A stretch of DNA of 64,000 nt from Deltaproteobacteria bacterium. Its GTDB lineage: Bacteria > Myxococcota > B64-G9. Under the pieces are notes generated by a model. That model was given only the letters and a program-made list of their open reading frames with translations, ran no database searches and was not told the DNA's origin. The position numbers and the translations under genes were made by a program. The stretch lies in NCBI GenBank assembly GCA_019314375.1, contig JAFCZJ010000014.1, positions 12,153 to 76,152 on the forward strand. Direction: 5' to 3'. Positions 8,225 to 17,700 of the stretch are shown here, in pieces. How positions within the stretch are numbered: position 1 is the first letter of the stretch; every line of letters begins with the position of its first letter.

Positions 8225-8536
8225 ATGTACGCAGTGGTGAAAACAGGTGGAAAGCAATATCGGGTATCCATGGGCGATCAACTCCGCGTCGAGAAGTTGC
8301 CGGGCGCGGTGGGTGATGAAGTGACACTGGAAGAAGTCCTCATGTTGGGTGGTAGCGACAAGGTTGTCGTGGGCCAGCCCAAGGTGGACGGAGCCAGCGT
8401 CAAAGCCAAGATCTTGGAGCAGGACCGAGCGCGTAAGGTCATCGTTTATAAGTTCCTGAAGCGCAAGGACCATCACAAAAAACAAGGTCACCGGCAAGCC
8501 TTTACCCGGATCCAGATCACGGACATCCAGGTCTAA
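8225..8536 (+). CDS. rplU: 50S ribosomal protein L21
   Basis: MYAVVKTGGKQYRV... is the canonical L21 N-terminus. GAGGAG SD at 8211..8216. Confidence 0.95.
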   Translation: MYAVVKTGGKQYRVSMGDQLRVEKLPGAVGDEVTLEEVLMLGGSDKVVVGQPKVDGASVKAKILEQDRARKVIVYKFLKRKDHHKKQGHRQAFTRIQITDIQV

Positions 8537-8548
8537 AGGAGAGATGTC

Positions 8549-8809
8549 ATGGCACACAAAAAAGGACAAGGCGCTACTCGCAACGGCCGCGACAGCAACG
8601 GACAACGACGCGGCGTGAAAATTTATGCGGGTCAGAAAGTTGTCGCCGGCAACATCCTGGTTCGGCAGCTCGGCACCAGGATCTACCCGGGCCAAAACGT
8701 CGGCATGGGTCGAGACTACACCCTGTTTGCCAAAATCGACGGCGTGGTGAAATACGGACGCCTGGGCCGAGATCGCAAGCAAGCTTGGGTGGAACCTGCT
8801 GCTGATTGA
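8549..8809 (+). CDS. rpmA: 50S ribosomal protein L27
   Basis: [24 protein letters not shown]... is the canonical L27 N-terminus. Confidence 0.95.
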   Translation: MAHKKGQGATRNGRDSNGQRRGVKIYAGQKVVAGNILVRQLGTRIYPGQNVGMGRDYTLFAKIDGVVKYGRLGRDRKQAWVEPAAD

Positions 8810-8833
8810 GGTCTGTTTTCTCTATTTGAACTG

Positions 8834-8868
8834 ACCACGGTGCCATCGGAGCACCGTGGTTTTTTTTT
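8834..8868 (+). terminator. Rho-independent terminator after rpmA
   Basis: 10-bp stem accacggtgc / gcaccgtggt, a 7-nt loop, then a run of 9 T (8860..8868). Confidence 0.75.
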
Positions 8869-8882
8869 AGCGGATTCTCTTC

Positions 8883-9926
8883 ATGAACTTCATCGACGAA
8901 GCCAAGATCGAAGTCTACTCCGGCAAGGGCGGAGATGGTTGCATCGCCTTCAGACGCGAGCGATATCTGCCCAGAGGTGGTCCCAGCGGGGGCGACGGAG
9001 GCCGAGGCGGCAGCGTGATTCTCCAGGCGGACAGCGCCCTGGGGACCTTGCTGGATCTGCAATACAGAAAAGTCTACAAGGCCAAAAATGGCCAGCCGGG
9101 CTTGGGCAAAGACAAGTATGGTGTGTCGGCGGAAGATCTGGTGGTACGAATTCCGACCGGCACCTTGATTTACGACACGGATAGCGGCGAACTTCTGGCG
9201 GACCTTGCGGAACACGAAGCCAAGCTCGTGGCCGTACGTGGAGGCCAGGGAGGACGCGGTAACATCCACTTCAAGACCTCAACCCACCAGGCACCTCGAA
9301 AGGCCGAACTTGGCGAGCCTTCAGAAGCCCGAAATCTGCGCCTGGAATTGAAACTATTGGCCGACGTCGGCGTGGTGGGATTTCCCAACGCCGGCAAATC
9401 CACGCTTGTTTCACGCCTTTCCAAAGCCAAGCCCAAGGTCGCCGATTACCCTTTCACCACCCTGGTGCCCTCCCTTGGCGTAGTCGCCGCCGGCGACATG
9501 AACAGCTTCGTCATGGCCGATGTGCCGGGGTTGATTGAAGGCGCCGCCGAGGGTCATGGCCTGGGCCATCGCTTCCTGAAACACGTGGAGCGCTGCGGCC
9601 TGCTCGTCCATCTCTTGAGTTGGCAACTTGGTGACGAGGAGGGCCACGAACCTCTACTGCAGCGCTACATAACCCTCGAACGCGAAATGCGACTTTTCGA
9701 CGAAGGTCTTGCAGAAAAACCCAGACTGGTCGCCTTGGCCAAGACGGATCTCCCGGAAAGCCGAGAACTCCTCGAGCCCTTGCGCGAAGCCTTCAAGCAG
9801 ATGGACATTGAGCTTCTTTCTTTTTCGGCAGTGAGCAACGACGGACTCAAAGAGCTGGTGGGTGCCATCTGGAAGATGCTGCAGGAATCCCGCGCCAAAG
9901 AAGAAACCCCAAAAGACGACGATTGA
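8883..9926 (+). CDS. obg: GTPase Obg/CgtA
   Basis: MNFIDEAKIEVYSGKGGDGCIAFRRE (Obg fold), GFPNAGKST (G1), DVPGLIEGA (G3) and AKTD (G4-like). The conserved rplU-rpmA-obg order is present. Confidence 0.95.
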   Translation: MNFIDEAKIEVYSGKGGDGCIAFRRERYLPRGGPSGGDGGRGGSVILQADSALGTLLDLQYRKVYKAKNGQPGLGKDKYGVSAEDLVVRIPTGTLIYDTDSGELLADLAEHEAKLVAVRGGQGGRGNIHFKTSTHQAPRKAELGEPSEARNLRLELKLLADVGVVGFPNAGKSTLVSRLSKAKPKVADYPFTTLVPSLGVVAAGDMNSFVMADVPGLIEGAAEGHGLGHRFLKHVERCGLLVHLLSWQLGDEEGHEPLLQRYITLEREMRLFDEGLAEKPRLVALAKTDLPESRELLEPLREAFKQMDIELLSFSAVSNDGLKELVGAIWKMLQESRAKEETPKDDD

Positions 9927-9929
9927 ACC

Positions 9930-10973
9930 CTACAAAGTACGGGTCACCTTGCGCAAGCCACGAGGCTTGTCCAAGGGACAGTCGCGCACATTCGCCACAT
10001 GCCGCGCCAGCAACTGACCGGGCACCGCGCAGACCAAGGGGCTCAACCATTCCGGCAGGTCTGCGGGAATTGGCATCGGGCATTGAGCCATGCGCAAAAT
10101 ACCTGCGTCATTGGAGATGGCCAGAATCTCGGCCCGCCGCTTTCTCAGTTCGCCCGCCAATTCGCGCATGTCCGCCAAAGTCTTCCCCTTGGGGGCGATG
10201 AGCAAAACAGGAAAGCCTTCACCCACCACAGCGATCGGCCCATGCCGAAAGTCAGCTGAAGAAGACGGTTCCGCTGCCAGGTAGGCCAACTCTTTCAGCT
10301 TCAAGGCCAACTCAAAAGCGGTGGCATAGTTAAAACCACGCCCAATGACGGCCATGCGATCCGCGTAACGATAGCGCGAGGCCTGGGCGGCCACAGCCTG
10401 ATTCATCTCCAATGTCTCGTCCAACAACGCGGGGACTCGCCGCAGTTCCTTCCAATCCTTGGCCGTCCCATCCAAAGCCACGCTCAGCATCGCCAAGGCC
10501 AGAAGCTCTGCCGTATAGGTCTTGGTGGCGGCCACCGATCGTTCCACGCCGGCGTGCAAAGGAAAGACCCAGCGCGCGAGTGAGGCCAATGGGCTCTTTG
10601 TGTAATTGCACAAAACCAAACTGGCAGCGCCTTGAGCCTTGGCTTCCTGCATCACGTGGCAAAGATCGTCGGACTCCCCGGACTGAGAAATGGCCAAAAC
10701 CAGCGAATCCCGCAGGTCGGGCGGTCGCCCATAAAGCGTGAACAAAGAAGGCGTGGCCAAAGACACGATGAAACGATTCCGCGCACCGAACAAATACTTG
10801 CCGTAAAGCCCGGCATTGTCGGAAGAGCCCCGAGCGACAAGAAAAATATGCTTCAGGCCGGTTTGTCGAATGGCGACCGCTAGCTTTTCAACCGGCTTGC
10901 GTTCTTTGTCAAACAGCCGCGCCAAGGTCTTGGGCTGAGATGCAATTTCCCGGTCCAGGTGGCTCATGGTCAT
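9930..10973 (-). CDS. double-SIS-domain sugar-phosphate isomerase/aminotransferase-like protein (GlmS isomerase-half-like, no glutaminase domain)
   Basis: VARGSSDNAG ... ISQSGESDD (SIS 1) and IGRGFNYATAFELALKLKE (SIS 2). I set the start at the ATG at 10973 (MTMSHLDREI), which has GGAGAGGG upstream. Confidence 0.7.
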   Translation of the reverse strand: MTMSHLDREIASQPKTLARLFDKERKPVEKLAVAIRQTGLKHIFLVARGSSDNAGLYGKYLFGARNRFIVSLATPSLFTLYGRPPDLRDSLVLAISQSGESDDLCHVMQEAKAQGAASLVLCNYTKSPLASLARWVFPLHAGVERSVAATKTYTAELLALAMLSVALDGTAKDWKELRRVPALLDETLEMNQAVAAQASRYRYADRMAVIGRGFNYATAFELALKLKELAYLAAEPSSSADFRHGPIAVVGEGFPVLLIAPKGKTLADMRELAGELRKRRAEILAISNDAGILRMAQCPMPIPADLPEWLSPLVCAVPGQLLARHVANVRDCPLDKPRGLRKVTRTL

Positions 10974-10989
10974 CAAACCCTCTCCTCGG

Positions 10990-12108
10990 TCAAGCACCAA
11001 CAGCATGGCGCAGCCTGTCACAGATGCGCTCTACTTGGGCTTCGTTCAGTTCGACATGCATGGGCAGAAAAATCCCTCGACGCCCCACCTTTTCGCTGTT
11101 GGGCAGGGCGTCCCGGCGTACACCTCGATAAGGCCCATGAAAATGCACCGGCACCACGCCTGCCTGACATTCGATGTGCCCGGCACGCATGTGTTCAATC
11201 ACCGCATCCCGCGACAGGTCTCTATCTTTCAACAAAACAACAAAAGACTGAAAAATATGCCCCGAATCCGAATCCAGCGGCAACTGCAACCAGTCCCAGT
11301 CCGCCATTCTCTCAAAATACCAAGCAGCCACCTGCCGCCTGCGGGCGAGCAGTTCGGGCAAGCGCTCCAACTGAACCCGGCCCAGGGCGGCCGCCAGTTC
11401 GCTCATGCGAAAATTGCCGCCCGGCTCCAGGGTCACGCCGTCGCCCTGTCCGTGTTGCCGCAGGGCCCTCACTCGCTGCGCCAAACCCACATCATCGGTG
11501 GTGACCATGCCGCCCTCGCCCGTGGTCATCACCTTTCGTGGATGGAAGCTGAAGCAGGCCAACAAGCCATGAGGCCGTCCCACCGCACAGCCATCCAGTC
11601 CCGCCCCCATGGCACAAGCAGCATCCTCTATCAGGTAAGCATGGGGTGCTTTCCGTGCCAAATCCTGAACAGGCGCGGCCAGGCCGTACTGGTGCACGGG
11701 CATGATCACCCGGGTTTGAGGCTCCATGACTCGCCCCAATGACTCGGGATCCAAATTGAGACTCTCGCTTTGCACATCGGCCAAAACTACCTCGGCACCA
11801 CTCAGCGCCACGGCGTTGGCTGTTGCAATGTAGGTACAAGCGGGCAAGACCACCTCGTCGCCTTTCCCCACGGACAAGGCCATCAGGGCCAGTTGCAAGG
11901 CGGCCGTACCCGACGATACGGCGATGGCGAAGGCGGACCCCACGCTGAGCGCAAAAGCTTGCTCAAAAGCCTCGCCTTCAGGCCCTTGAACCAAGCGCCC
12001 GGAACGCAAAACGCGCAGACATGCCTCTTCTTCGGCCAAGCCCAATGAAGGCATGGCCAGGCGAATCAACTCAGACTCTTGGGAATTACCAGATGCTCTC
12101 GGGCACAT
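10990..12108 (-). CDS. DegT/DnrJ/EryC1/StrS-family PLP-dependent sugar aminotransferase
   Basis: IRLAMPSLGLAEEEACLRVLRSGRLVQGPEGEAFEQAFA and CFSFHPRKVMTTGEGGMV (PLP-Lys context). The start is uncertain. The ATG at 12108 overlaps the upstream gene by 23 nt; a TTG at 12069 is an alternative. The track start at 12294 lies deep inside the OPX gene. Confidence 0.85.
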   Translation of the reverse strand: MCPRASGNSQESELIRLAMPSLGLAEEEACLRVLRSGRLVQGPEGEAFEQAFALSVGSAFAIAVSSGTAALQLALMALSVGKGDEVVLPACTYIATANAVALSGAEVVLADVQSESLNLDPESLGRVMEPQTRVIMPVHQYGLAAPVQDLARKAPHAYLIEDAACAMGAGLDGCAVGRPHGLLACFSFHPRKVMTTGEGGMVTTDDVGLAQRVRALRQHGQGDGVTLEPGGNFRMSELAAALGRVQLERLPELLARRRQVAAWYFERMADWDWLQLPLDSDSGHIFQSFVVLLKDRDLSRDAVIEHMRAGHIECQAGVVPVHFHGPYRGVRRDALPNSEKVGRRGIFLPMHVELNEAQVERICDRLRHAVGA

Positions 12109-12679
12109 AAACGATGTCACCCGGCCGCAGGAAGAAATTCTTGGCCTTGCCCTGGGCGATGGCCTCCACGGGAATGGGGTATTTTTTCTCTTCCCCTTCG
12201 ACCAAGCGCGTGACGTTGGTGTCGTTTTTTGCCGCCAGCTTGGTGAAGCCTCCCGCCATGCTGACTGCCTGAATGACAGACAGGCCGTCCTCATACTTGA
12301 AAGTCCCGGGCTTGCTCACCTGGCCAAAAATGGACACTTTCTTTGAGTTGTACTCACGGATCAAAATGCTGACCTGTGGGTTTCGTAAGTACTTCTCCCC
12401 AAGCCGGCGCTGGATTTCCTCTGCTGCGTCGGAACTGGTTAAGCCGTCCACCTCCAACTTGCCGACGAGCGGAAAGAGGATTGTCCCTGCCGAGGAAACC
12501 CGATAAATGCCGCTGAGCTCTTTTTCGTTATAGACCTTAACCTCAAACACATCACCAGAGCCCAGGGTGGAAGCGGGCACGAGGACGGGGTGCTTGACCT
12601 CGGGCGTTTGGGGCGTCTTCGCCCACCAACAGGCGGAGGGAACAAAAAACAGAAGCAGAAGGGGAATGATCTTTTTCAT
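12086..12679 (-). CDS. short outer-membrane polysaccharide export (OPX) lipoprotein: Poly_export motif plus one SLBB domain, no C-terminal OM helix
   Basis: Lipobox FFVPSAC. GDVFEVKVYNEKELSGIYRVSSAGTILFPLVGKLEVDGLTSSDAAEEIQRRL...NPQVSILI is the PES/Poly_export block. VSIFGQVSKPGTFKYEDGLSVIQAVSMAGGFT...LRPGDIVYVPE is an SLBB domain. The protein ends 5 aa later (197 aa in total). Confidence 0.8.
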   Translation of the reverse strand: MKKIIPLLLLFFVPSACWWAKTPQTPEVKHPVLVPASTLGSGDVFEVKVYNEKELSGIYRVSSAGTILFPLVGKLEVDGLTSSDAAEEIQRRLGEKYLRNPQVSILIREYNSKKVSIFGQVSKPGTFKYEDGLSVIQAVSMAGGFTKLAAKNDTNVTRLVEGEEKKYPIPVEAIAQGKAKNFFLRPGDIVYVPESIW

Positions 12680-12691
12680 GCTGAATCAATA

Positions 12692-12712
12692 CCGTGTCGC
12701 TTTGCGACACGG
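12692..12712 (-). promoter_or_regulatory. intercistronic hairpin between the beta-barrel and OPX genes
   Basis: Perfect 9-bp stem ccgtgtcgc / gcgacacgg with a 3-nt loop. On the minus strand it is followed by tattgattc, 13 nt before the OPX ATG. It could be an attenuator or an mRNA-stability element. Confidence 0.3.
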
Positions 12713-12788
12713 CATAAGAGTTTCTGCCGAGTAGCATGGGGTTGAAGTAGTTGGTTTAGATGACATGATCTTGCCTGTTTTAGAAACT

Positions 12789-14033
12789 CTAATAGTCCAA
12801 ACTCACGCGAAAACCAAAGGCGTGCTTGCTGTACTCCACGCCACCGGCTCCAGCCAAGGGCTGAGCGTAGTCGGAGAATAGGGCCTGTAGACGATAATCC
12901 AAGCCCAAAGCCAACCAGTCCAGAATGTGGTACTCGAAAGAAGCCCCACCGGTCAGCAAGAAGTCAAACCGCTCCCCCGCATCGGCCTGCACACCCGTTC
13001 CATAGTCCAGAAGGTCAAAACCCACATGGGCCGAAAGGGTGAAGCGGCCAGCCAAAAGTTGCCGATAGCGCAGGTAAAATCGGTCTTGACCAAAATATGC
13101 GTAGAGCGGGGCCGGTTGAAAATTGCGCAGGTAACCACCCTGTAAGAGCATCGTACCCACCTGGAAATTGACCTCAGCCTGGCCGATGGCCGAACGAAAA
13201 TCCGAACCCGTATAGCCAGTCGGTGCATCCAAAAGAGTATCGCCATAGCCTGCTTTGATCACCAAGGACAGAGAAGGCGAAATCTGACCGATCATGCCCG
13301 CCGTTGCCCGGATGGCGTTGATGTCGATGTTCTTGGTGCCGTTATCGTAGCCGTTGGGGTAACGCCTAATGTCGGAATCGAAATCAATTGTCACCGCGGT
13401 TTTGGGCAAAAACTTCCACTTACCGGAAAAATAGATGCGGTGGCCGTAGCTGGACAGGGCTTGGGCATTTACTCCGCTGTCATCGAACCAGTCGATGAAA
13501 AAGCCATAAGCCAGATCGAACATCAGGGCCCCGCCACCGGGCTTGAACTGGAAATGGGCCTTGGCTTCATTGTTCGTGCGATCGAAGCGACCGGAAACCG
13601 CGGAATATCGAGGATCACCACTCCTGGAAAATACGTCCTCGATAAAGAAACTAAATTGCCCATTGGGATTAAATCCCAATTTCAGATCAGCTTCACCTGC
13701 GATCGTGCTCAAATTGGTAGAATTGCTGTTCTCTACGCCGAAGTAGTAGTCGTATCCCACCTTGCTGTTCAATTCAAAGGAGACGGTGTCGGAGGGGAAT
13801 TCGAGGGTCAGGCCAGGCCTCATCTGCAAGATCAGGTCGCTGAAAGCATTGTTGCTTGAGTAACTCGGATTGGTATCAAAAACCAGGCTCAAATCGATCG
13901 AGGGGTGAAGGCGACCAGGCCCCGCCTGGATGCCATTTCCTCGCGCGTAGACCTGCTCTGCCCCTCCGATGAAGCATGCAAAAAGGAGGAGAAAGGAGAT
14001 ACCCATTGTTGCTTTGTTTGTTGTCCACACCAT
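12789..14033 (-). CDS. outer-membrane beta-barrel protein (polysaccharide-locus porin-like)
   Basis: Signal peptide ...FLLLFACFIGGAEQVYA. Alternating amphipathic strands occur throughout, with many Y/F/G/D-rich turns and a C-terminal ...FGFRVSLDY ending in an aromatic residue, as in OM barrels. It lies adjacent to the OPX gene. Confidence 0.65.
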   Translation of the reverse strand: MVWTTNKATMGISFLLLFACFIGGAEQVYARGNGIQAGPGRLHPSIDLSLVFDTNPSYSSNNAFSDLILQMRPGLTLEFPSDTVSFELNSKVGYDYYFGVENSNSTNLSTIAGEADLKLGFNPNGQFSFFIEDVFSRSGDPRYSAVSGRFDRTNNEAKAHFQFKPGGGALMFDLAYGFFIDWFDDSGVNAQALSSYGHRIYFSGKWKFLPKTAVTIDFDSDIRRYPNGYDNGTKNIDINAIRATAGMIGQISPSLSLVIKAGYGDTLLDAPTGYTGSDFRSAIGQAEVNFQVGTMLLQGGYLRNFQPAPLYAYFGQDRFYLRYRQLLAGRFTLSAHVGFDLLDYGTGVQADAGERFDFLLTGGASFEYHILDWLALGLDYRLQALFSDYAQPLAGAGGVEYSKHAFGFRVSLDY

Positions 14034-14143
14034 GTTGAAACCGAATCCTATTAACCGGTTCCTACTGATTACGCCCCCGGTCAGAATCGTCCATGAAGCT
14101 CGAAGATTTCTACCAGATCATCCACCCAACCGCAAATTTATTT

Positions 14144-14722
14144 TTATTGATAAGGACTTGCCGCCGGTGGCCGAAACACGGGGGTCTCAGGCAAAGGCTG
14201 TACCGTGGGATCCAGTTCCGGCACCTTGCTCTCGTCCACCTCCACCTCCACCGTGGTTTTGCCCACCGCGAAAGCAAGTTCACCCACACACTGCTCTGCC
14301 TCGGTTTTTAGTACTTTGATTTTCTGGTGTGAGATGGCCATTTTGTGAAACTCGTGGGCCGCGGTATCTCGCTCCCCTTTGGCCACCGCTTCCTGCAAGG
14401 TGATGTCCGCTTGCTCCGAAATCCGTATCAAGCCCTTAATGTTCGTCAGCTTTTCGTTGACGCAATTGATCTTGATGACGTCTTTTTCAGCTCGCGCCTC
14501 TTTAAGCAGCCCCAATACCGTCGAAAGCACACCCCGCATCTCGCCAAGATAGGTCGAGGCGGTGCTCAATTTCTCGGAATCGGACATCTTGGTGGCGCGA
14601 TCGAAATCCACCTGGATCTTGCTTTTGGAAGCGATGTCTTCTTGCGGCATCTGGGCGATGGCCCCCAGGGAGAACAAGACCACGATCAACGCCACTGCCC
14701 ATTTCATCTTCATTCTCAACAT
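14144..14722 (-). CDS. secreted coiled-coil protein, unknown function
   Basis: Signal peptide MKWAVALIVVLFSLGAIAQ, a helical heptad-rich body and a Pro-rich C-terminus (PLPETPVFRPPAASPYQ). No motif recognised. Confidence 0.5.
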   Translation of the reverse strand: MLRMKMKWAVALIVVLFSLGAIAQMPQEDIASKSKIQVDFDRATKMSDSEKLSTASTYLGEMRGVLSTVLGLLKEARAEKDVIKINCVNEKLTNIKGLIRISEQADITLQEAVAKGERDTAAHEFHKMAISHQKIKVLKTEAEQCVGELAFAVGKTTVEVEVDESKVPELDPTVQPLPETPVFRPPAASPYQ

Positions 14723-14791
14723 TGAACACCTCCGTCACTGATTCCGGCCCTTCAGTGTCAACCCAAAGAGCGCTGGATGATGTGAGCTCAG

Positions 14792-17700
14792 TCACATCTC
14801 CTTACGGATTAGCAACTCAGAACTTTCGGCGATCGGCCCTTCCAGCTCGCCGTCGCTCGCCACCACAATACACTGCCAGATATCGTTTGCTTTCGTCAAG
14901 CGGGCCGGCACCCGGTCCGTACCTGGAGCAAAAGATTGCACCACGCCGTCCTTCAACCAGCGAAATCGATAACGTACCGAATCTCCATCAGGATCCTCAG
15001 CCTTCCTCATGATTTGACAGCGCAGTTCCTGATTATCCCCCGGCTTCGGTGGACCCAAATCCACCTTGGGCGCGCCTGGCTTAGCGTTGGCTACCTTGAT
15101 TTGGCTTGTTGTCACAGGACCGTTGACTTGCCCATCGTTGGCCTGCACCTCACAGGTCCAAAGCTGTCCCCGCCGAGTTCTGGAAGAAGGCAGTGTTGCC
15201 CCCACATGCTCTGCCCTTCCCTTGTCCTCACCCTTGAACCAGGAAAAAGAATGCCGCAACACATCCCCGTCCGGATCCGGTGTTGACTGCAAAAGCCGAC
15301 AATGCAAGTCATCTGAAGACAAGGGCTTCTTGGGGAAAATCCCGACTGAAACCCGCCCTGGAGGCGAATTGCCCACGACGGCCTTGGCCGTGACGGGCAC
15401 CGAAGACTGTGAACCATCTGAAGCCATCACCGTGACCTGCCATTGCTGCCCTTTGCGCAAAAGACCAGCAGGAAGTTGGTTCAACCCGGTGCCGGACGCC
15501 AAGCCCCGGCCGTCGACCAGCCAATTCACATCAAGCGTCAAAGGATCTCCGTCCGGATCGCGGCTTACGACATCCATCACCAGACTGAGTCTATCCCCAA
15601 CCTTGGGCTTGGCAGGCTCTATCCGAATGCTTGGCGACGTGGGTGGCAGGTTGCCGATGAGGACCCGCGCGCTACAGGTCGGGCCCCGAAGCTCTCCATC
15701 GTCGGCCTCGGCCACCACCTGCCAGCTTTGCCCACGCTTCACGTGTTTGCCATGCAATCGGCCATCGGAAAGCTTGGGCCTGGGGGCACCATCCAAAAAC
15801 CACATGTAATGCATGCGCAACTTGTCACCGTCCGGGTCCCGCACCGCCTCTGCCAACTTCACCTGCAACGATTGTCCGGTCTTGGGCTTGACCGGCTCCA
15901 AAGAAACACGACATTTCCCTGGCGGACTGTTTCGCACCAGGAAAGACAAGGTCAAAGCCGGCGCCGAAAGCTGTCCGTCGGTGGCGATGATCTGGACTTC
16001 GTAAAGCCCATGCTTGGTCGTTTTGGCGGCGGGTAAAACGAACAAATTTTTTCCCTCAGCGACAAGACGCCCCTTCTGACTCCAACGCACGTTACACCAA
16101 GTCGCGTCCCCATCCGGGTCCACCGGGGCCTTTAGCACCTTGAGGACCAGGGGCTCGGTCGTGACCGGCCTGGCTTGAACGTGTTCGAGACGGGGAGCGA
16201 CGGGTGCGCTGTTGACGATGCTCACCTCGGCCCGGGCCTCGGGACCAGATGCCTCATCGTCCGCGGCCAAAACCACAGCTTCCCATCGTTGACCTTTCCT
16301 GGTCTTCGCCGAAGACATTCTCTCGCCAGCAAACCCCGCGCCCTTCATTTCCTTTCCGTCTTTCCGCCAGCTGACCTGATAACGAAGCGCATCAGAGTCC
16401 GGATCACGGGCAGGATCGAGTATTTGTACCCTCAGGTCCTGCCTGGTTGTGGGCTTTAGAGGGACGATGCGAATCTTCGGTGCGGTCGGAGGCGTGTTGA
16501 CTATGGTGATGCCACCGCGAACCGACTTTCCTTCTTCGGAGCCATCGATCGACACCACATCGACTTCGATTTTCCCATTCTTTTTTCCAAACGACGCCGG
16601 AAGAAAAGAAGCGCTGCGGGGCACATCAAGGGGGACTCCATCCAAGCGCCAATCAAATCGATACGAGACCCGGTCTCCATCTGCGTCTCTCCCCGGCCTA
16701 TCCACTTGCACTTTGATCTGATCGGTGACCCTGGGCCGTTTTGGTCGAAGACTGACGGCCGCCGCATCGGGGGGGGTGTTGGAAATCGTCGTGCTCACCC
16801 GTGCCGCGGCACCGGAAACCTCGCCGTCATTTGGCGTCACCACAACCGTCCAGCGCTCACCCTTGCGGGTTCGTTTGGCCGAAATCTTGTCTCCGCGCAA
16901 ACCCTTCTGAATACGCCTGTCCTTCAGCCACGCGTATCGATAGCGAATGCGATCTCCATCGGGGTCGGCTGATTCTTGCTGGATGCGTACTTTCAGATCA
17001 TCTCGCGTGCGTACTGGATTCGGCACCAGGCTTATCGTCGGCGCAACCGGCGGGGTGTTTTGCACCCGCAACTCTCCACTACGGAACTCCGGCCCGTTCG
17101 GGGAGGGAAGCAAGCCAAAGCGCCAGCGTTCTCCTTTGCGGGTTTTCCCCGCCGGCAATTCCCTGGCCCCCAAGTGCTCTTTGGCCTGCTTGCCATTCCG
17201 ATACCAACGAATAATGGTCTCGGGCTCAGAATCGCCATCCATATCGAAAAACCGATAGTCGAGGCGAAGGATATCCGTGGTGCTGGGGTTCTCGGGCTCC
17301 AGCTTCAAGTCCACATAACGTGGCGGATTGGAAAAAACGCGGCCCCCATGCGCTGCGCCGCCTCCCGGGCTCGGCCAAACCAAACCCAAACTCCGCTTGC
17401 CCTTGCGCAGCATCCTGAAAACCGACACTTGCCCGTCCCGACCCACGGCCACCAACTCCCCCAAGCCATCCCCGCTCAGGTCGGCCATCAGAGGTGCCAC
17501 GTCCACCCTGTCGGCAAACCTGGCCGGGAACCCAGGATACGCTCGGCCATTGGCCCGCACGACAGCCAAGCCTTTGCGTTCAGTGCCCACGGCGATCTCA
17601 AGCTTGCCGTCTGAGTCCAAATCGCCGACGACCGGAGCGCTACGCAGACGCCGGTCCAACTTCACCGGAAAGCCCTTGCGAAGTTTTCCCTTTCCGTCGA

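Noticed and set aside
12109-12294. N-terminal extensions proposed by the ORF track for several genes. These are the DegT gene to 12294, the crotonase gene to 4025, the S41 gene to 63484, the G1PDH-like gene to 42910, the DedA gene to 41415, FadL-1 from 46620 and the ECF sigma gene from 63123.
   Set aside because: Each extension overlaps a neighbouring well-supported gene or a terminator, lacks an SD, and adds Arg/Pro/Ser-rich sequence ahead of an obvious signal peptide or conserved N-terminus. Internal starts with GGAG-type SDs were preferred.
12789-14033. Reading the 414-aa barrel as a GltA/GltB/GltH-type OM component of the motor.
   Set aside because: As I recall them, those are smaller OmpA-like barrels. 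This protein's size, and its position immediately upstream of a truncated OPX lipoprotein, fit a polysaccharide-export porin better. This is not excluded, only judged less likely without a profile search.
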